Virus record (IMG/VR): IMGVR_UViG_3300033808_000078
Coordinates: 1-42,076 of that record
Length of the DNA stretch: 42,076 bases
Direction: 5' to 3' (one strand)
DNA from: a virus
Lineage: Duplodnaviria; Caudoviricetes
Below are positions 26,202-35,064 of this stretch, one piece after another (the first letter of the stretch is position 1; each line of letters opens with the position of its first letter). Under the pieces are notes generated by a model that saw nothing but the letters and a program-made list of their open reading frames with translations, was not told the DNA's origin and did no database searches. The position numbers were made by a program, and so were the translations under genes.

Positions 26202-28745
26202 ATGCCTTACCCGAACGAGCATGCCTGAAGGCTCCTTGAGCCGATCAAGGGCGCCGAGACCCGGCGGGTCAACGGTGACAGGGACCATGACGGCAAGAAG
26301 TACGACGTAATTTACCAGAAGCAGAAAGACGGTAAATGGGAGGATCAGGCTTATCGCTACCCGAAGGAGACCTGGACGGCCAGCCAGGCCGAGAGCCATT
26401 GCAAGAGCCACAAGGGAAGGTTCGAGGCCGCGAGCGGTGGCGAGAAAAAGTCAAGTGATGACTTGGAGGTCAGATCGATGAAACTTAATTCAAAAGGCGT
26501 CGGCCATGCGCGATCGCTGATCGCCTCTGGCAAAGTCGACCGAAATTCGAGCTGGGGATTTTCCGGGGAGGACGGCGACAAAATCCTCGGAAAGGACAAC
26601 TGGGATGAATACTCAAAATGGTTCCTGGCAACCGACCCCGATGAAAACGAGAAGACCAAGGCGCACTATAAATACCCTTATGGCAAAGACGGCAAAGTTT
26701 ACCGCTCGGGTGTGATCGCTGCCAAGCAGAGGGCAGCCCAACAGAGAGAGTCCTCTATCGCGGATGCCGCCGACTCACTGCTTCAGTCGATCGATAAAGA
26801 CAAGAAGGGAGAGAAAAGCGTTCTCAAAACCAAAATGTTCTTCCGGCAGTTCGAAATCAAACAGGGCGACATCGATAAGGAAAAACGGACAGTCAATCTG
26901 TCCTTTTCAAGCGAAACACCAGTGGATCGCTTCTATGGGAAGGAGATTCTTGACCATTCGCCCACGTCCGTCAGGATGGGTCGGCTAAGGAGTGGGGGAC
27001 CGCTCCTGGTCAATCATAATCCGGACGATCAGGTGGGCGTTATAGAGAAGGCTAATGTCGGAGCGGACCGCGTGGGGCGGGCCGAAGTTCGCTTCGGGAG
27101 AAGCGCGCGTGCTGAAGAAGTCTTCAACGACGTCCAGGATGGGATCAGGAGATTCACTTCCACGGGCTATCGCGTTTATCGGATGGCGGAAGAAGGCGAT
27201 CATGCGGCCAATGACGAGCCCTGCTACCGGGCCACGGACTGGGAACCCCATGAAATTTCGATTGCAAGCATTCCCGCGGATCCCAGCGTCGGCATCGGAC
27301 GGAGCTCGCCCGAAGAAAACGAACTCGTGATGGTCCGGTGGGTTCAAAAAGATCCGGATCAAACGCCGAACGAACAAAGGCAGAAGGAGGCAAAAAAAAT
27401 GAATTGCACGATTTGTAGCGCAGCACTCGTCGACGGGAAATGTCCCGCCTGCGAAACAAGGAAGATGGAACAGCAACGGACGCGAGAGATTTTTGCCATC
27501 GCAGACAAATTCAAAGATACGGTCCCAAGTGCCCTCGATCTGGCAAGGACTGCCATCGAGAAAGGAGAAACCGAGGAGCAGTTTCGAAAGATCATCCTCG
27601 ACGCAATGGGCACGCCCAAGCCAACCCCGGACAAGGACAAAGCACTTCCCGCCCCAAAGGAGAAGATGTTTCGGTCCTTTGGAGAGAATCTTCAATACAT
27701 CGCCATTATGAGCGATACAACGCCAGGCCATGTACTGGCGAGAAAGATGTTCAGCCAGGATCAGGTCAAGCATTGGATGGATGTCAACCGTGCCATCTCT
27801 GGCATGAGCGTCAGCGTGCCGAGTGATGGCGGCTTCATGGTCGACACCGAATTCACAACCGCCCTCCTGAAGAACATGTGGGATACCGGCCTATTGATGA
27901 GCCGGTGCACAAGGATCCCGGTAGGTCCCGATGCAGACGGAATCGAAGGGCCGTACATCGATGAGACAAGCCGTGCCACTGGATACCGTTGGGGCGGCGT
28001 GCAGGTGTATCGCCAGCCGGAAGCCGGCGCAGCAACAGCCAAACAGCCGAAACTCGGAAAATTCGAAATTCGGCTCGAAGACCTAAAGGGATTGGTCTAC
28101 ATCACCAACCGCCTACTGAGAGACGCCGTTGCGCTCGAAGCCTGGGTCTCCAGGGCGTTTCTCGAGGAATTCGGTTTTGTGATCGATGATGAAATCATCC
28201 GTGGTGATGGCGCAGGTCAGTGTCTCGGAATCCTTAACTGCCCCGCCTTGATTACTGTAACGAAAGAAAGTGGCCAGGCGGCCTCAACCGTTCAGTTCGA
28301 AAACCTGACGAAGATGTTCTCTCGCCTTCTCGGAAAGCTTAGACCGAACGCGGTGTGGTTCTACAACCAGGAAATCGAGCCGCAGTTGTTCGGCCTTGGC
28401 ATCACCCTCGGCACGGGCGGGGCACCAGTCTTTATGCCTGCTGGCGGGCTGAGCGCAAGTCCCTACAATACCCTTTTTGGACGCCCGATGATTCCAATCG
28501 AGCAGGCTTCTCAGCTCGGAACCGTGGGCGATCTCATGTTCCTGGACCTCAGCCAATACCTCATTGTCGATAAAGGCGGGATCGAGGCGGCCCAGTCGAT
28601 GCATGTGAGGTTCATATACGACGAAATGACGTTCAAATGGACATATCGCATCAACGGCCAGCCCGCGCCTCCGTGGAAGGCTCCGCTTACACCGTACAAA
28701 GGTGCGAATACCCTGGGGCCATTCGTGGTACTCGGCGCAAGATAA
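26202..28745 (+). CDS. Prohead protease-major capsid fusion; N-terminal PYPNEHA domain with in-frame TGA at 26226-26228; internal starts at 26478 and 27399
   Basis: Single frame 26202-28745; SFSSETPV..LLVNH..STGY..EISIASIPAD protease; SDGGFMV..HK97-type capsid. Confidence 0.9.
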
Positions 28746-28800
28746 AAAATTACATACCTCCGGGTTTTTAGAACCGGATTAAGAAAAGGAGGAAACTAAA

Positions 28801-29283
28801 ATGAGGCTCCAAATTCCACAGGCAGTTCCGATTATCTCCCTGCTTAAGCCCGCTGCCGACTCTGCTGGCAGGACTTCAGGGAACTACGTTTCGCTGAAGA
28901 ACGCTATCAAGGCATGGCTCGTTTACTATATCAATCAGGCCAATGCCGCAACCATTCTCCTTTCGCCTCTTCAAGCTACCGCCCTTGGGGGCACAGGATC
29001 GAAGGCGATCAGCACCGCGGCCCGGATTTGGCTTTGCAACAATGCCGATTCGAGTGCGGTCTTCGTGAGGCAAACGGATGCCACGACCTTCACGACCGAT
29101 GCTAACACGTATGTCAAGATCGTGTCTTTCGAGATCGATTTTGACGCTCAGCTCGATGTCGCGGGGGGATTCAACTACATCGGCTGCAGCACTGGGTCAA
29201 GCAACGCGAACAATATCACCTCGGCCTATCTTGTGCTTCAGCAGAAGTTCGAGGTTGATACTAACGTCGAGTTCTTGGTCTAA
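28801..29283 (+). CDS. Capsid decoration/cement-like protein
   Basis: Directly after MCP, AGGAGG RBS; YVSLKN..LQAT..LDVAGGFNYI. Confidence 0.6.
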   Translation: MRLQIPQAVPIISLLKPAADSAGRTSGNYVSLKNAIKAWLVYYINQANAATILLSPLQATALGGTGSKAISTAARIWLCNNADSSAVFVRQTDATTFTTDANTYVKIVSFEIDFDAQLDVAGGFNYIGCSTGSSNANNITSAYLVLQQKFEVDTNVEFLV

Positions 29284-29310
29284 TTTCACGTCCTTCACCT
29301 TCTATTTCTG

Positions 29311-29349
29311 GCCCCCCGGGCTGGTCCTGGGGGGTCGGCCTTCGGGCCG
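29311..29349 (+). other. Tandem GC hairpins including a C(UUCG)G tetraloop
   Basis: CCCCCCGGG-CTGGT-CCTGGGGGG and CGGCC-TTCG-GGCCG. Confidence 0.5.
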
Positions 29350-29364
29350 GAAAGGAAGCACAAA

Positions 29365-30075
29365 ATGAGCACCAAAGCAAGATGGCTTAGTCAACTCCTG
29401 CATTTTTTCGAATCCGTGACGCAAGAAACCACGGATGTCATGTGCCCTGTATGGTTCAATGACGACTTTTACGGAAAGAACGTCGACACGACCAATACTT
29501 GGGTCGTCAAATCCACGGGCACTCCCACCGCAGCCGCTGTCCTTGTTTCTGGACAGCATCAACTCGACTGCAACCTCGCCGCGACCAGCGAAGCCGAGCT
29601 CGCGGGCCTGACCCAGAACGACATCAAGAATTTCATCCTCAATCAGAATCTATACTTCGAGGCGAGGATCCAGCTTCAGGTGACGCCAACCGGCGTTGTC
29701 AAAATGGGCGTCGGCCTGATGGGAAACCACAATGCGGCGCTTCTGAGCGTTCCGCAATTTGCAATGTTCGTGGCCAATGGAAGCGGCGCTCTAACGATCT
29801 ATACGTCCGACGGGACGCTTACTCAATCCGCCATCGCTACGGGCATTACCTTGGGAACGACGGACTGGGCCTATCTCAGGATCGACATGACCGACATCAC
29901 GTCAGTGAAATTCTACATCAACGGCAACCAGGTGGCCTCGGGCACGACTTTTAACATGAGCACGAGCGCGACGCTTAACCTCCAGCCGACGATGAGGATC
30001 GGGAAGGAATCGGCCACGACCGACGTTGGCCGCCTGATCGTGGACTACGTGAGGATTTGGTCGAAAAGAACATAG
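29365..30075 (+). CDS. Virion-associated beta-sandwich protein
   Basis: WFNDDF..YFEARI..VKFYING..VDYVRIW; head module position. Confidence 0.6.
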   Translation: MSTKARWLSQLLHFFESVTQETTDVMCPVWFNDDFYGKNVDTTNTWVVKSTGTPTAAAVLVSGQHQLDCNLAATSEAELAGLTQNDIKNFILNQNLYFEARIQLQVTPTGVVKMGVGLMGNHNAALLSVPQFAMFVANGSGALTIYTSDGTLTQSAIATGITLGTTDWAYLRIDMTDITSVKFYINGNQVASGTTFNMSTSATLNLQPTMRIGKESATTDVGRLIVDYVRIWSKRT

Positions 30076-30081
30076 GAGGAG

Positions 30082-30270
30082 ATGATGATGGGACCGAAAA
30101 TCTGCATTAAGTGTGGATTTCCGATGGCCCAGGATGACGATGGGCCAGACATGTCCGGTGTCCTTGGTGTCGTCATTGACAATCCGAGCCTTTGCAAAAA
30201 TTGCATCGGCGGTTCGAAGACCGCAATGAAGGCAAGGCTTGATCTGGCAGACGTAGAGGCAAAGGAATAG
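30082..30270 (+). CDS. Small CxxC..CxxC protein
   Basis: AGGAGG RBS; CIKC..CKNC. Confidence 0.5.
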   Translation: MMMGPKICIKCGFPMAQDDDGPDMSGVLGVVIDNPSLCKNCIGGSKTAMKARLDLADVEAKE

Positions 30271-30272
30271 CC

Positions 30273-30587
30273 GTGGGATTTCGAGAGGATTTCATGGCCC
30301 TGAACCAGGATTTTATGGTCGGCCTCGATGGAAGGACGGCCATTTGGAACGGGGTTAAGAAAATCAATGTTCTGGCGGAGCATAAATTTCACGAGACGGA
30401 TCTGATCGGGGCGACCTTCGAAAACTACGACTATGCGATGATGCTTAGCGCGGATGATGTAGATGGCGTCGCGCATGGAGACACTTTCGTGATTAGCGAC
30501 ATGCCCGACCTGACCCTTTACGTGGTGAAGGTCGATTTTTCGGATGATTTCGGGATCGTAAGGGTGAAGCTAAGCAAGCAGACATGA
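30273..30587 (+). CDS. Head-tail joining protein (gpFII-like)
   Basis: Size, position, HGDT motif. Confidence 0.6.
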   Translation: MGFREDFMALNQDFMVGLDGRTAIWNGVKKINVLAEHKFHETDLIGATFENYDYAMMLSADDVDGVAHGDTFVISDMPDLTLYVVKVDFSDDFGIVRVKLSKQT

Positions 30588-30588
30588 G

Positions 30589-31065
30589 ATGAGCACAGTA
30601 TGGCAACAAATCCGGAGTGCGATCGACACGAGGCTGAAGGCGATTCTCGTTACGAATGGCTATCAGACCGACGCCGGGAAAAATGTCTACTACTGGAGGA
30701 CCGCTTCGTTCGCGCAGGATGAAGAAGGGAATATGCCGGAGCTGCCGGGAATCAAATATTATGAGCTGACCGAGAAAAACATAGCCGAGGCGTTTCCGCT
30801 TCGACAGAACATCGTCACCCTTAATGTCGAGTGCATCGCTTCCGGGTCCGACGACGCGACGGTAAAGGGAATCGTCGACCAGGTCTACCAGGATGTAATG
30901 AAAGCGATTGGCACGGATGAAACATGGGGAGGCAAGGCCATCCTGACAGACAAGGTCGGCCACGAGGTAAAGATGGACCGCGAGGAAATTCTCGTAGGCG
31001 CGATTATCGCTACCTTCGAAGTTACTTATCGCCATGCGCGGTGGGATCTCACCGTGCAGATGTAG
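30589..31065 (+). CDS. Tail terminator-like protein
   Basis: QIRSAI..L..I..NGYQTDAG..DVMKAIGTDETWGGKA. Confidence 0.65.
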   Translation: MSTVWQQIRSAIDTRLKAILVTNGYQTDAGKNVYYWRTASFAQDEEGNMPELPGIKYYELTEKNIAEAFPLRQNIVTLNVECIASGSDDATVKGIVDQVYQDVMKAIGTDETWGGKAILTDKVGHEVKMDREEILVGAIIATFEVTYRHARWDLTVQM

Positions 31066-31074
31066 AGGAGAGCC

Positions 31075-31206
31075 ATGGAAGAAAAAGACCCATACTCGTT
31101 CGTAATGACGGTTAAAGAGGCGAGGACGTATTACGTGGATTCCACGGGCAAAGAAATTGAGCCGTCGCCCACACCCAAGCCAGAAGAAAATGGGGAGGTG
31201 AAATAA
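31075..31206 (+). CDS. 43-aa hypothetical protein (not in ORF track)
   Basis: GAGGAG RBS; fills the gap before the tail tube gene. Confidence 0.45.
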   Translation: MEEKDPYSFVMTVKEARTYYVDSTGKEIEPSPTPKPEENGEVK

Positions 31207-31207
31207 G

Positions 31208-32146
31208 ATGTCCATAATCCTTCAGCGTACCCAAGTTGCAGCACAGCTCGAAGCTACCGAATTCAGCAAGGCCACGCTGGCCGCCGCGGATGCTTTTCTG
31301 GCTTTCAATCCCGCCTTTACCCCCAGCGTTGAGATGTTTCCTCGGGATCCCGTCCGTGAATCGCTCTCGAAATATCCGAGCGTCTCCGGGAAAAGATCGG
31401 CGAAGATTGCTTTTGACGTTGAGTTGATTGGATCAGGTACGGCCGGCACGGCTCCATTTTGGGGCAAGCTGATGAAGGCTTGCGGATTTTCGGAGGTAAT
31501 CACAGGAGGCGTCTCTGTGGCTTATACGCCTTCGTCTGATAACCAGGGAAACAGCAAATCCGTCACAGTTGGTCTCTATATGGACAGTATGGTCAAGCGC
31601 ATCTGGGGAGCAAGGGGGACTGTCAAGCTCACGATGGAGGTCGGCAAGCCTGGGATACTACACTTTGAATTCACGGGATGCGATTTCGAGGCAGCTGATG
31701 TTGCCCTTCTTTCGAGCGTCACTTATTCGACTCTGATTCCGCCAGCTTTTCTAAGCGGCTCTCTGACGCTGGATTCCTATGCCGCGCTGTGCTCGAAGGT
31801 TGAGCTCGACGTTCAGAACGTCCTGGCGTTGAAGGAAGATATCAGCTCGGCCTCTGGAAACAAAGGGTGCGTGATCACGGGCAGAAATCCAAAGGGGTCG
31901 ATGGATCCGGAGCTCTGCAACGTGGCCACTTACGACTTCTATACGAAATGGAAGACCCCGGGCACGTTCGGTTCCCTTTCCTTGGCGGCGACTGGAAGCG
32001 CAGGCAACATTGCAACGGTGACATGCCCCAAGGTGAGGTATGCGGCAATCGCGGATCAGGATCGCAACGGTCTGAGGGCCCTGGGGCTTGATTTCGAGCC
32101 AACGCTGAACACGGGCGACGACGAGATCGCAATCACCATGACGTGA
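31208..32146 (+). CDS. Major tail tube protein
   Basis: FDVELIGSGTAGTAP..LMKACG..GARGTV..FEFTG..ITGRNP. Confidence 0.85.
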   Translation: MSIILQRTQVAAQLEATEFSKATLAAADAFLAFNPAFTPSVEMFPRDPVRESLSKYPSVSGKRSAKIAFDVELIGSGTAGTAPFWGKLMKACGFSEVITGGVSVAYTPSSDNQGNSKSVTVGLYMDSMVKRIWGARGTVKLTMEVGKPGILHFEFTGCDFEAADVALLSSVTYSTLIPPAFLSGSLTLDSYAALCSKVELDVQNVLALKEDISSASGNKGCVITGRNPKGSMDPELCNVATYDFYTKWKTPGTFGSLSLAATGSAGNIATVTCPKVRYAAIADQDRNGLRALGLDFEPTLNTGDDEIAITMT

Positions 32147-32168
32147 CGCGCTATAAAGGGATTCAAAA

Positions 32169-32825
32169 GTGGCCTTTACCTATAAACAAGCTAACCACGG
32201 GACTGCGAGTACCATTCAACTTACGGGGGTTGTCGCCGGTGATCTTGTTTTTATTGCGGTTGCTTGGGCGTTGGCAAGCGGAAGCGTTACCGTAAGCGAT
32301 GGGACAAGCAGCTTTACAATGAGGCCAGCCGTTGCCAACGGCATTGGATTCTCGGTCCAGGGTGGCTATCTGCTTTCATCGGTTAAAAGCGGCACTGTCA
32401 CCTACACAATTTCGGGCGAAACCCCCTCAAGTGTGATCGTTTTGGAATTTAGTTACAGCGGGGTTTGTACCTATGACAAAGGGACTGGCGCTTCTGGAAA
32501 TTCGGCGTCTTTGAATAGCGGCAACATAACGACCACGGGGACGGATGAATTGGCACTGGCGATTGGAGATGCGAACACGGCCCCGTCTTCCGAGCAGATA
32601 GATGGGCTGGCGGCGGATAGTAGCTATGCTTCGGGCGCCCCCCTTTATGCTTGGTGGAAGGCATTCGCTTCGACATTTACTGGGGCGGCCACAGCCACAA
32701 TAACCTCTGGGTATTGGGTTTGCAGCATTGATTCATTCATAGAAGCTGCTTATGACCCCAAACAATTTCCATTTTCGTCGACTGAGCAGCCAATCGTCGA
32801 AAAGGTGCAAGTTACAGGATACTAA
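32169..32825 (+). CDS. Virion-associated Ser/Thr/Gly-rich protein
   Basis: AGDLVFIAV..VSD..LEFS..SGNITTT pattern. Confidence 0.55.
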   Translation: MAFTYKQANHGTASTIQLTGVVAGDLVFIAVAWALASGSVTVSDGTSSFTMRPAVANGIGFSVQGGYLLSSVKSGTVTYTISGETPSSVIVLEFSYSGVCTYDKGTGASGNSASLNSGNITTTGTDELALAIGDANTAPSSEQIDGLAADSSYASGAPLYAWWKAFASTFTGAATATITSGYWVCSIDSFIEAAYDPKQFPFSSTEQPIVEKVQVTGY

Positions 32826-32885
32826 CAATCTTCATCCCGACAAAATCGAAATTGTCGGCTACAAACCAGTGAAAGGAGAAAGATT

Positions 32886-33341
32886 ATGGCTAGAAGTTAC
32901 GCAGGTGGAAATGCGCAGGGCACGAACAACACATCGTATCCGTTCGCATCAGTGTGGATGGCGGCAACGACCATCCGTCCAAAAATCTACGAATTTGAGA
33001 TCGGCTCTTCTGTTACCCCACAGGACTATTCGAGCCAGTTAAAGCTGATGCGCTACACCACTGCGGTTCCCACCGGCGGGGTGACGGCGCAGACAGGGGC
33101 CCCCCTGGACCCAGGAGATCCCGCATCGATTGCAAATGCTTATTTCGCAAATACGGGCGGCTCGACGGCCAGCACAGTCCTTGGTTATATCGGCGTGAAC
33201 ATGAGAGCGACCTTCCGATGGGTTGCCGTTCCCACAAAGGAGATCGTCGTCCCCGCCACGAACCCTGCTGGCGCGGGTTTCACGATCGCTGTCCAGTCCA
33301 CCGCTTACACCCCGGATGTCATGATTTGGTGGGAGGAATAG
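32886..33341 (+). CDS. Hypothetical virion protein
   Basis: AAGGAG RBS; PLDPGDPA..NMRATFRWVA..WEE. Confidence 0.6.
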   Translation: MARSYAGGNAQGTNNTSYPFASVWMAATTIRPKIYEFEIGSSVTPQDYSSQLKLMRYTTAVPTGGVTAQTGAPLDPGDPASIANAYFANTGGSTASTVLGYIGVNMRATFRWVAVPTKEIVVPATNPAGAGFTIAVQSTAYTPDVMIWWEE

Positions 33342-33617
33342 GTGGGGCCGAAGATAGTCACGGTCGACGACCTTCGTCCGAGGGTCCAGCACCAGAGAAA
33401 CCCTCACGGCGGGATCATGCTTGATGGCCAGCATGTCGCAGACACGTTGATGTGCTGCCATTGCGGAAAGATCTGGATCCCCATCAGGGGTTCGGGGATG
33501 ACGCGGGGTTTTTGCCTAAAGTGTATGGGAGTGACTTGCTCCCCTGCATGTCAGGAAAATTGTCTTCCGTTCGAGAAAAGAATCGATATGTCCGAGAAAG
33601 GGCTGATAGAGTTGTGA
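33342..33617 (+). CDS. Cys-rich small protein
   Basis: TLMCCHC..GFCLKC..C..C..CLPFEK. Confidence 0.65.
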   Translation: MGPKIVTVDDLRPRVQHQRNPHGGIMLDGQHVADTLMCCHCGKIWIPIRGSGMTRGFCLKCMGVTCSPACQENCLPFEKRIDMSEKGLIEL

Positions 33618-33699
33618 GGCGTCGACGAGAGTCGCGTACGGTTTTCCATGGGGCAGTAGAGGATGAGCCGTCTGCCCGCGCCTCTTATTAGGTGGTTAA

Positions 33700-35064
33700 A
33701 TGCCAAAACGCTGGCAATACCAAATCCAGGCCCAGGTTCCTCCAACCAAAGGCCCGAATAGCTGGGAGACCGTCCAACTAGACAAGTGGTTTTTTGACCA
33801 CTCGCCCGTCAGAAGAGTGATCACCGGCCTCAGTGCCGCGATTCTGGCGGGCTCTCTTTTCCTCGTTCCTCCGACGCAGGGATCTACCTCCTGGAAGGAA
33901 CAAAGCGACAAGTTCGGCTGGAAATCATACCATGTTGATTACCATTACAAGAAGCCTTCTCTACCGGCGGCCATCCATACGACGTACTTGTCCCATGTCC
34001 CAGCGGCAGATGGGGCAAGCTCATGGAAAGACCAGAGTTTTAGTTTCGGCTGGAAAACTTTCTACATCGATTACCATTACCAGAGGCCGAAACAGCCGGC
34101 TTCGATTCCGCCGACATTCTTTGCCGAGGTTCCCCCCGCCTCCGGCGCGAGTTCATGGAAGGATCAGAGCTTTCAATTTAACTGGCGGCCCGTCCAGCCG
34201 GATTACATCTACCGAAGGCCGCCGATCCCACAATCCGACATCGCCTTCGTCTATGCTCCGCCGGTTACAGTTGTCTACTATTTAGACAAATGGAAACCGG
34301 TCTACGAGGACTTCTACGTTAAAAAACCATCCCTGCTTGTGGCCATTCAAACGACCCACTATGTCGAGGTCCCACCGACCTCTGGCGGAAATTCCTGGGC
34401 AGAGCAGAGTTTCAAATTTAACTGGCGGCCCATCTATCCTGATTTCTTCCCACGAAAACTCATCATTCCGCAATCGGAAGCCCCATTCATTCCCTATATC
34501 ATCTATCCGGATTCATGGCGGCCATCCTATCCGGATTTCTTTCCCCGAAGGCCAATTTATCCTCCGTCGGAACTTGCATTCGTGGCGAGGGAGCTTGTCT
34601 ATGTCGACAAATGGCTACCGAGGTATCCCGATCGTTTCGTTCCTTCCACTCGCTTCCAGCCGCCCTTAATCTGGACGCCCTATGTGGCGAAGAAGATTAT
34701 CACCGTTGACATGTGGCTTCCAACTTATCCAGACAGGATCATCAGGCCCCGCTTGCCTCTCCTGGCGGAGTCACCGCAGTTCGTAATCGTGCCCGCCCCA
34801 TGGTATCCGAAGATTTTTGTTCCCGATGCCAGAATGAATCGGCGAAGCGACTTTCAGTTTGACGAAATTTTTCAACCCCTGATTCTGCCAGCGGGGCTCG
34901 GTGAAGCCGACCTGGGCCTTGGACCGCTTGGCGGGAATTATATTCAATACGTAGGGGCTAGACTGTCCGCGCGGCCATCTGATTTTGAATTTTCACAGGA
35001 GCCCATTCAGGCTAAATTCACAAATCGGCCCGCACCCTTTGTCATCGAAAGGAAGAAGACGTGA
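33700..35064 (+). CDS. Pro/aromatic-rich repeat protein
   Basis: About 44-aa VPPxxGxxSWKxQSFxFxW repeats plus WxPxYPD repeats. Confidence 0.65.
   Translation: MPKRWQYQIQAQVPPTKGPNSWETVQLDKWFFDHSPVRRVITGLSAAILAGSLFLVPPTQGSTSWKEQSDKFGWKSYHVDYHYKKPSLPAAIHTTYLSHVPAADGASSWKDQSFSFGWKTFYIDYHYQRPKQPASIPPTFFAEVPPASGASSWKDQSFQFNWRPVQPDYIYRRPPIPQSDIAFVYAPPVTVVYYLDKWKPVYEDFYVKKPSLLVAIQTTHYVEVPPTSGGNSWAEQSFKFNWRPIYPDFFPRKLIIPQSEAPFIPYIIYPDSWRPSYPDFFPRRPIYPPSELAFVARELVYVDKWLPRYPDRFVPSTRFQPPLIWTPYVAKKIITVDMWLPTYPDRIIRPRLPLLAESPQFVIVPAPWYPKIFVPDARMNRRSDFQFDEIFQPLILPAGLGEADLGLGPLGGNYIQYVGARLSARPSDFEFSQEPIQAKFTNRPAPFVIERKKT

Noticed and set aside
24849-27773. Long antisense ORFs opposite the portal and capsid genes (also opposite bet and terL)
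   Set aside because: Shadow ORFs from codon bias; no motifs or RBS
33860-34560. DGR template/variable repeat or CRISPR array
   Set aside because: The repeats are in-frame protein repeats with differences not confined to adenines; no reverse transcriptase or cas gene is present
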